From Streptosporangium roseum DSM 43021 (lineage in GTDB: Bacteria; Actinomycetota; Actinomycetes; Streptosporangiales; Streptosporangiaceae), in contig NC_013595.1 of assembly GCF_000024865.1 (NCBI RefSeq), positions 4,091,798 through 4,123,797 of the forward strand: a stretch of DNA of 32,000 nt, written 5' to 3'. Under the pieces are notes generated by a model, which worked only from the letters and a program-made list of their open reading frames with translations, did no database searches and was not told where the DNA came from. Below are positions 1-8,349 of this stretch, in pieces; position 1 is the stretch's first letter, and each line of letters begins with the position of its first letter. The translations under genes and the position numbers were made by a program.

Positions 1-260
1 GCTCCGGCGATGAGCAGCGCTCCGGTGATCACGAAGTTGGTCACCTGGATCCAGCCCAGGTCGCCGAGGCTGAGCTGGCTGATGGCGTTGCGGGTGAAGT
101 CGAAGCCCTCGCGGGTCAGGCCCTGGATCACGCCCACCGCCAGGAACAGCGGGCCCGCGGCGATACCGCAGCCCAGCAGGAGCCGGGCCGCCGGACGGGC
201 GGCGTGCGGGGGACGGGCCGGGACGGTCGGGGTGGTCGGGGCGCTGATGGTGTGCGTCAT
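1..260 (-). CDS. DUF998-like integral membrane protein, N-terminal part only (gene runs off the left edge)
   Basis: My own minus-strand translation from ATG at 260 gives MTHTISAPTTPTVPARPPHAARPAARLLLGCGIAAGPLFLAVGVIQGLTREGFDFTRNAISQLSLGDLGWIQVTNFVITGALLIAG, open to position 1. A GAGGAAG SD lies ~6 nt upstream and GC3 is high. The hydrophobic helices and the SQLSLGDLGW motif are what I associate with DUF998. It is absent from the ORF track because no stop lies in the window. Confidence 0.5.
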   Translation of the reverse strand, partial: MTHTISAPTTPTVPARPPHAARPAARLLLGCGIAAGPLFLAVGVIQGLTREGFDFTRNAISQLSLGDLGWIQVTNFVITGALLIAG

Positions 261-317
261 GGGATCTTCCTCGTTCTGGTTTTGGGGGATGGTTCGCCGG
301 TGGTGCGGTCTGCGGCG

Positions 318-863
318 TCAGGCCGGCTGGTAGGTCAGGTCCATCACGCCTGTGGTGAAGGTGGCCGACCGGGCGAGCTTGAGGGGGACTACCCCGATGC
401 CCTCGGGGAAGAGCCGTTGGCCGGTGCCGAGCACGATGGGGTGCACCAGCAGTCGCAGGCGGTCGATGAGCCCGACCGCCAGCAGGGCCCGGGTCAGGCT
501 GATGCTGCCCGACAGGTGGATGCACTTGCCCGGCTGCTGCTTGAGCTTGGCCAGGGCGGCGATGGCGTCGCCGTCGATCAAGGCCGAGTTCTGCCAGTCG
601 GCCTTGGCCAGGGTGGTGGAGACGACCAACTTGCGGATGCCGTTGATCTGGTCGGCCAGCTCGCCGGTCCGGTGCGGCCAGGCTGCGGCGAAGGTCTCAT
701 AGGTCACCCGGCCCATCAGCAGGGTGTCGGCTTCGGCGTGCATGGAGCCGACCGCTGCGCCCATCTCCTCGTTCAGGTAGGGGAAGTGCCACTTCTCCGG
801 TGCTTCGACGACGCCGTCCAGCGACATGAACAGCCCGGCCACGATCTTGCGCGCGGAAGTCAT
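318..863 (-). CDS. Dihydrofolate reductase family protein (RibD C-terminal domain-like)
   Basis: ORF 318..911. I prefer the internal ATG at 863 (MTSARKIVAGLFMSLDGVVE...) because GAGGAG lies 9 nt upstream. The motifs SLDGVVE, LLMGRVTYE, KxVVSTTL and LVHPIVLG are typical of the RibD_C/YwjB-like family. Confidence 0.8.
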   Translation of the reverse strand: MTSARKIVAGLFMSLDGVVEAPEKWHFPYLNEEMGAAVGSMHAEADTLLMGRVTYETFAAAWPHRTGELADQINGIRKLVVSTTLAKADWQNSALIDGDAIAALAKLKQQPGKCIHLSGSISLTRALLAVGLIDRLRLLVHPIVLGTGQRLFPEGIGVVPLKLARSATFTTGVMDLTYQPA

Positions 864-1003
864 CGTTGAGTACTCCTCAAGGGGGCGGCGCCAGGGGTTC
901 TTCCTGGTCACCGGGGTGTGTCTTAACGATCCACCGTTGTGGTGGAATGGATCAACACACGTTCGCGTTGCGGTCGTTTAGTTGAGCTCAAGGGTGGAGG
1001 GGC

Positions 1004-1903
1004 ATGCTGGAGCGGCAGGAGGCTGAGGTGTTCCTGACGCTCGCCGAGGAGTTGCACTTCGGGCATACGGCCGAGCGGGTGGGGATCACCACCGGCAGGG
1101 TGAGCCAGACGATCAAGAAGATGGAACGCCTCGTCGGCGCGGTGCTGTTCGAACGCACCAGCCGCCAGGTCCTGCTGACTCCGATCGGCCGGCAGCTGGC
1201 CGATGACCTGAGGCCGCTGGTGGACGGCATGAACGATGCGGTGCGCCGGGCCATCGACTCCGGACGCGGGGTCACCGGTGACCTGCACGTCGGATATCTG
1301 AGCGCCACCGCCGGACAGCTGCTGCTCAAGGCGGTCGCGCTGTTCGCCGCCCGCCACCCCGACTGCGAGGTGCACATCCGTGAGGCCCAGGGCCACGACG
1401 CCCTCGCCCGGCTCCGCGGCGGCGACATCGACGTCCTGATCACCGACCTGCTCATCGCCTCCCCGTCCGACCTGATCGCCGGCCCGGTCCTGCTGTCGGA
1501 GAAGAAGATGCTGGCGGTGGCGGCCGGCCACGCACTGGCCCAGCACGCCTCGGTATCGATGGAGGCGCTCGCCGATCACCCCGTCACGCTGGTGGCGGAG
1601 GAGCTGCCCGAGGCGTTCCAGCGGGACCGCAACCCCACGCACACCCCGGTCGGGAAACCCATCCCGCGGGGACCGCGAGCGGCCAGCTTCAACGAGCACC
1701 TCACCCTTGTCGCGGCCGGCCGGGGCGTCTTCCCCGTTGGCGAGAACACCCCCCGGTTCTACCCCCGCCCCGACATCGCCTACATCCCAATCACCGACGC
1801 TCCGCCACTGCGCTGGGGCCCGCTGTGGCTCAACACCAACACCACCCAACGCGTCCGCGCGTTCGTCCAAGCCGCTCACGACGCCTGCCAAACCACTCCC
1901 TAG
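1004..1903 (+). CDS. LysR family transcriptional regulator
   Basis: The N-terminal HTH (FLTLAEELHFGHTAERVGITTGRVSQTIKKMERLVGAVLFERTSR) is a classic LysR signature. The ~300 aa length fits, and it is divergent from the DHFR-family gene. GGAGG lies upstream of the ATG. Confidence 0.9.
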   Translation: MLERQEAEVFLTLAEELHFGHTAERVGITTGRVSQTIKKMERLVGAVLFERTSRQVLLTPIGRQLADDLRPLVDGMNDAVRRAIDSGRGVTGDLHVGYLSATAGQLLLKAVALFAARHPDCEVHIREAQGHDALARLRGGDIDVLITDLLIASPSDLIAGPVLLSEKKMLAVAAGHALAQHASVSMEALADHPVTLVAEELPEAFQRDRNPTHTPVGKPIPRGPRAASFNEHLTLVAAGRGVFPVGENTPRFYPRPDIAYIPITDAPPLRWGPLWLNTNTTQRVRAFVQAAHDACQTTP

Positions 1904-2110
1904 CGCACACCGCCCATGAGCCGGCCCGATGCTCGCAGCAGTGCGCGGCAGAAGCAGGTGATTCCGATCAGCCGGCCTGTTCGACGTCGATCCCCGGGAC
2001 GGGTGGGAGGTCGAGGTGCCGGCTCATGGGGTCCCAGTAGCAATGAGGAAATTTCCAACGAAATACCGTCTGGCCTGCACTACTGATGTTGAAAGACCGA
2101 GGTGTGTTGA

Positions 2111-2687
2111 TCAGCTCGGCTTGAGAACCAGGCCCGTCTCGGCGATGAAGCCGTTCAGCAGGTGATGGGCGGCCCGCAGCAGCCGGACGAAGTCGGGCAC
2201 GTCGAAGCCCTTCGGCTCGCCCTTGCGGTCGTGGAAGACCATCACCCGATACAGCAGCCGGGTGCGCCGTCCGGGCCGCACGCAGATCAGCCCGGCGATC
2301 GAGACCCTGCCCGAGCCCTTGACGACCGGCGTTTTACCGACCCGCGCCCAGGTACGGCCCTTGGGTGGGCGCAGGCTCTGACCGCTCTCGTCTTCGCAGG
2401 GGATCCAGGCGTGGCGTTCGGCGGCGTCGGCGCAGATCTGTGGCCAGACCTGCGCCACCCAGGCCGCAATCTGTTCCCCATCGTGCTCGGCCGCCCGATG
2501 CACCGGCATCTGCATTGATCAACGGCAGCTCAGAACAGCTGGTCGGCTCCCCGGTGATCGTCAACCGCGACAGCGCCTCCTCCGTGGCCGCCAACTCCTG
2601 ACGCAACCGCGCGACCCGCTCCCGCGCCGCCGCCTCCCCTAGCGCCAACTCTTCCTGCAACGGGCCCATCGCGATCGCCTCCAGCAC
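2111..2687 (-). pseudogene. IS630-family (DDE_3) transposase remnant, frame-disrupted and C-terminally truncated
   Basis: Two overlapping minus-strand ORFs (2334..2687 and 2111..2515) lie in different frames. The second carries the IS630-like stretch AEHDGEQIAAWVAQVWPQI...RPPKGRTWARVGKTPVV...RVSIAGLI...YRVMVFHDRKGEPKGF. It stops before the usual VWDN(L/A)xxH core, so no complete DDE domain is present. A lower-GC patch follows at 2040..2110. Confidence 0.55.
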
Positions 2688-2837
2688 GCACGGTAGAAGA
2701 CGACACGCAACGCGATCAGCCCCGTCATCCCAGCTCAGCTACTCCCTCGAACGGAGCCGCACCTCCCGGGAACGCGCGACGGCCCCCAGCGCGGTGCTGG
2801 AGGCCGTACGAGCGCCCGTCCGTCCGGAGCGGCGGCT

Positions 2838-5075
2838 TTACTTGAAGCCGCGCAACCGCAGGCTGTTGCTGACCACGAAGACCGAGGAGAACGCCATGGC
2901 GGCTCCGGCGATCATCGGGTTGAGCAGGCCGAGCGCGGCCAGGGGCAGGGCGGCCACGTTGTAGGCGAAGGCCCAGAACAGGTTGCCCTTGATGGTGCGC
3001 AGGGTGCGGCGGGACAGGCGGATGGCGTCGGCGGCCACCCGCAGGTCGCCGCGGACCAGGGTGAGGTCGGAGGCCTCGATGGCCGCGTCCGTCCCGGTGC
3101 CCATGGCCAGGCCCAGATCGGCCTGGGCGAGCGCGGCGGCGTCGTTGACGCCGTCACCGACCATGGCCACCGACCGGCCCTCGGCCTGCAGGCGCTTGAC
3201 CACGTCGACCTTGTCGGCGGGCAGGACCTCGGCGATCACCTCGTCGATGCCCACCTCGGCGGCCACGGACCGGGCGACGGCCTCGTTGTCGCCGGTGAGC
3301 AGCACCGGGGTCAGCCCCAGGGCGCGCAGCTGCCTGATCGCCTCGGCCGAGGTCGGCTTGACGGTGTCGGCCACGACGAGGACCGCGCGGGCCTTGCCGT
3401 CCCAGCCGACCGCGACAGCCGTACGGCCGGCGGCCTGAGCCTCCTGCAGCGCCCGCTCCAGCTCGGCGGACAGGTGCTGCGACCACTCGGCCAGCAGCCG
3501 GGGACGGCCGACCAGCACGGCGTGCCCGTCGACGATGCCCTGCACGCCGAGCCCCTCGACGTTGGCGAAGTCCTCCGGTGCGGGCAGCTCTCCCACCCGC
3601 TCGGCAGCGCCCCGGGCGATCGCCTGGGCGATGGGGTGCTCGGAGGCGTGCTCCAGGGCGCCGGCCAGGCGCAGCACCTCGTCGTGGTCCTCGCCGTCGG
3701 CGAGGTGCACGTCGGTGAGGGTCATCTTGCCCTCGGTGACGGTGCCGGTCTTGTCGAGCACGACGGTGTCGATGGCGCGGGTGGACTCCAGCACCTCGGG
3801 GCCCTTGATCAGGATGCCGAGCTGGGCGCCCCGGCCGGTCCCCACCAGCAGCGCGGTCGGGGTGGCCAGGCCCAGGGCGCAGGGGCAGGCGATGATCAGC
3901 ACGGCCACCGCGGCGGTGAAGGCGGCGCCGGCGCCGCCGCCGGTGCCGAGCCAGAAGCCGAGCGTGCCGACGGCCAGGGCGATCACGATCGGGACGAAGA
4001 TGCCGGAGATGCGGTCGGCCAGCCGCTGGACCTGCGCCTTGCCGGTCTGCGCGTCCTCCACCAGCTTGGCCATCTGGGCGAGCTGGGTGTCGGAGCCGAC
4101 GCGGGTGGCGCGGACGACCAGGCGGCCCCCGGCGTTGACGGTCGCGCCGGTCACGGTGTCACCGGGCCGTACCTCCACCGGCACTGACTCGCCGGTGAGC
4201 ATGGAGGCGTCGACCGCGGAGGAGCCCTCCTCGACCACGCCGTCGGTGGCGATCTTCTCACCCGGCCGGACCACGAACCGGTCGCCGGCCTTGAGCTGGT
4301 CGGACGGGATCCGGACCTCGCGGCCGTCGCGTAGCACGGCGACGTCCTTGGCGCCGAGCTCCAGCAGGGCGCGCAGGGCCGCCCCGGCGCGGCGCTTGGA
4401 ACGGGCCTCGAAGTAGCGGCCGGCCAGGATGAAGGCCGTCACGCCCGCGGCGGCCTCAAGGTAGATGTTGCCCGAGCCGTCGGTGCGCTCGATGGTGAAC
4501 GCGAACGGGTGCGTCATGCCCGGGGTGCCCGCGCTGCCGAAGAACAGCGCCCACAGCGACCAGCCCAGTGCCGCGATCGTGCCGAGCGAGACCAGGGTGT
4601 CCATGGTGGCGGCGCCGTGGCGCAGGTTGGTCCAGGCGGCCTTGTGGAATGGCCAGCCCGCGTAGACCACGACCGGCGCGGCGAGGGTCAGCGACAGCCA
4701 CTGCCAGTTGGTGAACTGCAGGGGCGGGATCATCGCCATCGCGATCACCGGCACGGCGAGCACCACGGAGGTGATCAGCCGGGCGCGCAGGGAGCGGAGC
4801 TCGTCGTGAGGCTCCTGCGGCGCGCCCTCGGCACTGGGCGGGGCGGGCAGCTCGGCGGTGTAGCCCGCCTTCTCCACCTCGGCGATCAGCGTCTGGGGAT
4901 CCACGCCCTCGGGGAAGGTGACCTTGGCCTTCTCGGTGGCGTAGTTGACGGTCGCGGTGACGCCGTCGAGCTTGTTCAGCTTGCGCTCGATCCGGTTGGC
5001 GCAGGACGCGCAGGTCATGCCGCCGATCGAGAGTTCGACCGCGCTCGGGGGTCTGTCGTCGGTGAGGGAGGACAT
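2838..5075 (-). CDS. copA: Copper-translocating P-type ATPase (P1B-type)
   Basis: N-terminal HMA domain [12 protein letters not shown], transmembrane CPC motif ([13 protein letters not shown]), phosphorylation site DKTGTVT and hinge [10 protein letters not shown]. The ORF begins GTG-ATG (5078/5075); AAGGAG sits 6 nt before the ATG at 5075. Confidence 0.95.
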   Translation of the reverse strand: MSSLTDDRPPSAVELSIGGMTCASCANRIERKLNKLDGVTATVNYATEKAKVTFPEGVDPQTLIAEVEKAGYTAELPAPPSAEGAPQEPHDELRSLRARLITSVVLAVPVIAMAMIPPLQFTNWQWLSLTLAAPVVVYAGWPFHKAAWTNLRHGAATMDTLVSLGTIAALGWSLWALFFGSAGTPGMTHPFAFTIERTDGSGNIYLEAAAGVTAFILAGRYFEARSKRRAGAALRALLELGAKDVAVLRDGREVRIPSDQLKAGDRFVVRPGEKIATDGVVEEGSSAVDASMLTGESVPVEVRPGDTVTGATVNAGGRLVVRATRVGSDTQLAQMAKLVEDAQTGKAQVQRLADRISGIFVPIVIALAVGTLGFWLGTGGGAGAAFTAAVAVLIIACPCALGLATPTALLVGTGRGAQLGILIKGPEVLESTRAIDTVVLDKTGTVTEGKMTLTDVHLADGEDHDEVLRLAGALEHASEHPIAQAIARGAAERVGELPAPEDFANVEGLGVQGIVDGHAVLVGRPRLLAEWSQHLSAELERALQEAQAAGRTAVAVGWDGKARAVLVVADTVKPTSAEAIRQLRALGLTPVLLTGDNEAVARSVAAEVGIDEVIAEVLPADKVDVVKRLQAEGRSVAMVGDGVNDAAALAQADLGLAMGTGTDAAIEASDLTLVRGDLRVAADAIRLSRRTLRTIKGNLFWAFAYNVAALPLAALGLLNPMIAGAAMAFSSVFVVSNSLRLRGFK

Positions 5076-5105
5076 CACCTGCTCCTTTCGCTCGTCATGC
5101 CCGTG

Positions 5106-6074
5106 TCAGTGGTTGTGTGCGCCGTGCGAGCCGGACGTGGACGGTGTGGCCGTCGGCTCCGGCCCCGAGGTCGCGGCCGGCGTGGGGAGCTCACCGGCGC
5201 GGGCGGTGAAGTCCGCGGTGCGTACGGTCCCCTCGTGCTGGAAGTCCAGGAAGAGACGGTAGTCGCCCCGGCTGGGCACCTCGGCGTAGAAGGTGATCTC
5301 CGGGCCCGGGGCGGTCCTGCCGTCGCCCGGCTCCCCGTCGGGGTGCACGTGCAGGTAGGCGAGGTCTCCGGCGCGCAGCGCGACCAGGTGGCCGTAGGCG
5401 CCCAGGTAGGGCTGCAGGTCGGTGACAGGCTTGCCGTCCTTGCTCACCTTGAGGGTGAGTTTACTGGAGGCACCGGGGGCCAGGTCGCCGTCCAGGGTGA
5501 CGGTGTAGCCGTCGACCCTGGACGTACGGCTCGCGGCCGGCAGCGCCTTGGGCGTGTAGTCGCCCTCCGCGTGCAGGTCGGCGCCGAGGGTCAGGCCGGT
5601 GCCGCCCTCGGGGGCGAAGTCGGCGAACGCCCGGTAGGCGCCCGCCGCGGGCAGCGTCAGCTTCACCGACCACACGCCGCCCCCGGCCTCTTCGGGGTGC
5701 AGGTGCTGGAAGCTTCCCAGGTCGCGGGAGACCACGATGAAGTGCAGCTTCTTGTCGTGCTGCACCTGGTAGCCGGTGACCGGTCTGCCGTCGGGGCCGG
5801 TCACGGTGAACCGGAAATCGGTCGCCTCGCCGGGCTTGACCGTCGTGGTCTCGGGGGTCAGGGTGTAGCCGTTCTGGGACACTTGAAGTCCTCCGGGGGT
5901 GGGGGGTGTGGTCGACGTGGCCGGCGCGGGGGTCGCGGGTCCGGCGTGGGCTCCGTGGCCGTCCGCCGCGGGCGGGGGGCTGACGGCGCCCACGGCGCTG
6001 CCGGCTCCCAGTGCTCCGCCGAAGACCACGGCGAGTCCGAGGACGTAGGCTCCGAGTTTCGCGGGAGTGTTCAT
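5106..6074 (-). CDS. Secreted/membrane-anchored protein with two tandem beta-rich repeats carrying H-x-H-P motifs; copper-operon member of unknown function
   Basis: N-terminal signal/anchor (MNTPAKLGAYVLGLAVVFGGALGAGSAVGA) followed by a Pro/Thr linker. Two homologous ~110 aa repeats follow (GYTLT...LHFIVVSRDLGSFQHLHPE...YRAFADF and GYTVTL...GHLVALRAGDLAYLHVHPD...YRLFLDF). The C-terminus is His-rich (GSHGAHNH). The start ATG overlaps the copZ stop (ATGA at 6071..6074). Confidence 0.75.
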   Translation of the reverse strand: MNTPAKLGAYVLGLAVVFGGALGAGSAVGAVSPPPAADGHGAHAGPATPAPATSTTPPTPGGLQVSQNGYTLTPETTTVKPGEATDFRFTVTGPDGRPVTGYQVQHDKKLHFIVVSRDLGSFQHLHPEEAGGGVWSVKLTLPAAGAYRAFADFAPEGGTGLTLGADLHAEGDYTPKALPAASRTSRVDGYTVTLDGDLAPGASSKLTLKVSKDGKPVTDLQPYLGAYGHLVALRAGDLAYLHVHPDGEPGDGRTAPGPEITFYAEVPSRGDYRLFLDFQHEGTVRTADFTARAGELPTPAATSGPEPTATPSTSGSHGAHNH

Positions 6075-6283
6075 GACGGGGTCACCACTCCGTACCCGGC
6101 CTCCTCGACGGCGGCCACGATCGCGGCGGTGTCGACGGGGCCCTCGCCGTCCACGGTGAGCAGGCCGGTGGCCAGGTCCACCTCGACGCCGGTGACGCCG
6201 GGGACCCCGCCGACCTCTTCCTTGACCGAGCTGACGCAGTGGCCGCAGGTCATGCCCTTGACGGTGTATGTGGTGGTGCTCAT
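6071..6283 (-). CDS. copZ: Copper chaperone, heavy-metal-associated (HMA) domain
   Basis: MSTTTYTVKGMTCGHCVSSVKEEV... contains the MxCxxC HMA motif. The ORF runs to 6292 (MIAMST...), but AAGAGG at 6294..6299 is too close to that ATG and well spaced (10 nt) for the ATG at 6283. Confidence 0.85.
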   Translation of the reverse strand: MSTTTYTVKGMTCGHCVSSVKEEVGGVPGVTGVEVDLATGLLTVDGEGPVDTAAIVAAVEEAGYGVVTPS

Positions 6284-6301
6284 GGCGATCATTCCTCTTA
6301 T

Positions 6302-6362
6302 GTCGGTCTGTGCGCGGTCAGGGTCGGTCTGTGTGGTCAGGGTCGATCTGCGTGCGGTCAGG
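6302..6362. repeat. Three imperfect tandem ~20-bp repeats in the csoR-copZ spacer
   Basis: GTCGGTCTGTGCGCGGTCAGG (6302..6322), GTCGGTCTGTGTGGTCAGG (6323..6341) and GTCGATCTGCGTGCGGTCAGG (6342..6362). The third unit contains the csoR stop codon (6358..6360). Confidence 0.8.
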
Positions 6363-6639
6363 AACGGACGAGGCGGGCGATGGCGTCGGAGGCTTCCTTG
6401 ATCTTGGCCTCGGCCTCGGGGCCGCCCCTGGCGGCGGCGTCGGCCAGGCAGTGCGCCATGTGCTCCTCCAGCAGGGCGATGGCGAAGGACTGCAAGGCCC
6501 GGTTGGTCGCCGACACCTGGGTCAGGATGTCGATGCAGTACTTGTCCTCCTCGACCATGCGCTGCAGCCCGCGTGCCTGGCCCTCGATCCGGCGCAGCCG
6601 CCGGAGGTGATCCTGCTTGGTGTCGCTGTATCCGGCCAT
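6358..6639 (-). CDS. csoR: CsoR-family copper-sensing transcriptional repressor
   Basis: The last 93 aa of track ORF 6358..8298 read MAGYSDTKQDHLRRLRRIEGQARGLQRMVEEDKYCIDILTQVSATNRALQSFAIALLEEHMAHCLAD.... They carry the RLxRIxGQxxGxxxM signature and the C-H-C metal ligands (C at YCIDIL, H and C at HMAHC). GGAGG lies 7 nt upstream of the ATG at 6639. Confidence 0.9.
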   Translation of the reverse strand: MAGYSDTKQDHLRRLRRIEGQARGLQRMVEEDKYCIDILTQVSATNRALQSFAIALLEEHMAHCLADAAARGGPEAEAKIKEASDAIARLVRS

Positions 6640-6691
6640 CTCCCCGCCTCCAGTCACTCCTGTTGTCATCGGTTCATCTGTAGTAACACGG

Positions 6692-6739
6692 TACCCCCCT
6701 ATGGTATTCCCATCGAGGCGGGGGTACCGTCTGGGGGTA
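6692..6739. promoter_or_regulatory. Pair of putative CsoR operators upstream of csoR-copZ-orf-copA
   Basis: TACCCCCCTATGGTA (6692..6706) and TACCGTCTGGGGGTA (6725..6739) both have TACC-N7-GGTA form with G/C tracts, centres 33 bp apart. A further GGGGGTAC-N7-GTACCCCC inverted repeat lies at 6733..6755. From memory, these resemble the GC-tract pseudo-palindromes described as CsoR operators. Confidence 0.6.
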
Positions 6740-6761
6740 CGTGGGCCGTACCCCCGGATCC

Positions 6762-8195
6762 CTAGGCGCCGAGCGACTCCGCCTCGGTCCCGGCGGCCGT
6801 ACGGTCGGCCGGTCGGGGCCTGCGCATGAGCAGCAGGGTGAGTACGGCGCCCAGCGCCGCCACCGCTCCCGCCCCGACGAAGGCGCCCTGGAAGCCGTCG
6901 GTGAGCCTGAGGAGATTTCCCGGCTCGGCGGCCCCCCGGGAGGTGGCGATCGCGGTCATGACCGCCAGCCCGAGGGCCGAGCCGACCTGGTAGGTGGTGT
7001 TGACGATGCCCGAGGCGAGGCCGCTCTCCTCCGGCCGCACCCCCGACATGGCCGACATCATCGCCGGGATGTAGGCCAGCGACATGCCGACCGCCGCGAT
7101 CAGTGACGCGGGCAGCACGTCGGAGGCGAACGCCCCGTCCGGCCGTACCAGGGACAGTCCCGCCACGCCGGCGGCCAGTACGAGCAGGCCGGTGACGATG
7201 AGCGGCTTGGCGCCGAACTTGCCGAGCAGCCGGGCGGTGACGCCGATCATGAAGATCATGATCGCGACGGTCATGGGCAGCAGCGCGGCCCCGCTGGCGA
7301 AGGCTCCGTAGCCGAGCACCTGCTGCAGGTAGAGGTTGAGGAAGTACCACATCGGGATCCAGGCCGCGCCCAGCAGCGCCATCGCCAGGTTGGCCGTGGC
7401 CAGGCCGGGGGCCTTCCAGATCTTCAGCGGCATGAGCGGCTCGCGCACGCTGCGCTGGATCACCAGGAACAGTGCCAGCAGCGCGAGCGCCCCGCCGAGC
7501 TCCAGCAGCGTGGTGGCCGACCCCCATCCCTGCTCGGGGGCACGCACGATGGCGTAGACGGCCAGCGCGATCCCCGCGGTGACGGCGGCGGCGCCCAGCA
7601 CGTCGACCGAGCCGCGCCGGCCCTCGACGGAGGGGAGCAGGGCGGGGACGGCGGCCAGGGTGGCCAGGCCGATCGGGACGTAGATGATGAAAACCCAGGG
7701 CCAGCTCAGGTACTGGGTGATGACGCCGCCGAGGAACACGCCCGCGGTGCCGCCGGCGGGCGCGGCGGCGCCGTACAGGGCCATGGCCTTGCCCAGCTCG
7801 CGCGGGTTGTGTCCGAAGAGCATCATGAGCAGCGTCATCGAGGCGGGGGCGATGAGCGCCCCGCCGACGCCCTGGACGGCGCGGCCGAGGATCTCGACCC
7901 AGGCGTTGCCGGCCGCCGCGGCGACGACGGAGCCGGCGATCAGGATGACCCAGCCGGTGGTGAAGATCTTGCGGGCGCCGAACAGGTCCGACAGCCGCCC
8001 GCCGAGCAGCAGCAGGCCGCCGAAGGCGATGACGTAGGCGTTGAAGACCCACTGCAGGTCGCCCTGGGAGAAGCCGAGGTCGCGCTGCATGTCCGGCAGG
8101 GCGACGCCGATGATGGAGGTGTCCATGATGACCATGAACTGCGCGGCGGCGAGCACGATGAGTGCCTGCCACCTGCGTGGATTGACGGCGTTCAT
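6762..8195 (-). CDS. MFS transporter, DHA2 (EmrB/QacA-like, 14-TM) drug/metabolite:H+ antiporter family
   Basis: MNAVNPRRWQALIVLAAAQFMVIMDTSIIGVALPDMQRDLGFS... and GGRLSDLFGARKIF are typical DHA2 motifs. The protein is ~477 aa and hydrophobic throughout. I chose the ATG at 8195 over the ORF start at 8312. Confidence 0.9.
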   Translation of the reverse strand: MNAVNPRRWQALIVLAAAQFMVIMDTSIIGVALPDMQRDLGFSQGDLQWVFNAYVIAFGGLLLLGGRLSDLFGARKIFTTGWVILIAGSVVAAAAGNAWVEILGRAVQGVGGALIAPASMTLLMMLFGHNPRELGKAMALYGAAAPAGGTAGVFLGGVITQYLSWPWVFIIYVPIGLATLAAVPALLPSVEGRRGSVDVLGAAAVTAGIALAVYAIVRAPEQGWGSATTLLELGGALALLALFLVIQRSVREPLMPLKIWKAPGLATANLAMALLGAAWIPMWYFLNLYLQQVLGYGAFASGAALLPMTVAIMIFMIGVTARLLGKFGAKPLIVTGLLVLAAGVAGLSLVRPDGAFASDVLPASLIAAVGMSLAYIPAMMSAMSGVRPEESGLASGIVNTTYQVGSALGLAVMTAIATSRGAAEPGNLLRLTDGFQGAFVGAGAVAALGAVLTLLLMRRPRPADRTAAGTEAESLGA

Positions 8196-8280
8196 GCCGC
8201 ACTCCTGGTTTCTCGCGTCCCGCCGGGTGGCAGGATGCGTTGTGGGGGTTGGGTGTGATTCGAGTCGGACCGGCCCCGCG

Positions 8281-8310
8281 GGTGGGCGTGCACGCCAATG
8301 CACGCCCACC
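8281..8310. terminator. Perfect 12-bp stem hairpin between copZ2 and the MFS gene
   Basis: GGTGGGCGTGCA (8281..8292), loop CGCCAA, TGCACGCCCACC (8299..8310). The T-run (TGTTTTC) follows on the plus strand, not the minus strand, so its role as a terminator for minus-strand copZ2 is uncertain. Confidence 0.4.
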
Positions 8311-8315
8311 ACCTG

Positions 8316-8349
8316 TTTTCAGGACACGCTGATTTTCAGGACACGCTGA
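8316..8349. repeat. Perfect 17-bp tandem duplication spanning the copZ2 stop codon
   Basis: TTTTCAGGACACGCTGA occurs at 8316..8332 and again at 8333..8349. The second copy holds the real stop (8336..8338). Confidence 0.9.

Noticed and set aside
4509-6401. 630-aa plus-strand ORF covering the copA 5' end, the secreted protein gene and copZ
   Set aside because: It is antisense to three genes with clear motifs. The translation is Arg/Gly/Pro/Ala-rich low-complexity sequence typical of shadow ORFs in high-GC DNA, and I saw no RBS.
6640-8298. Upstream 550 aa of the 646-aa minus-strand ORF 6358..8298
   Set aside because: Only the last 93 codons (csoR, 6358..6639) look real. The rest is an alternative frame over the MFS transporter gene and is R/G/P-rich. 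The csoR ATG at 6639 has its own GGAGG RBS.
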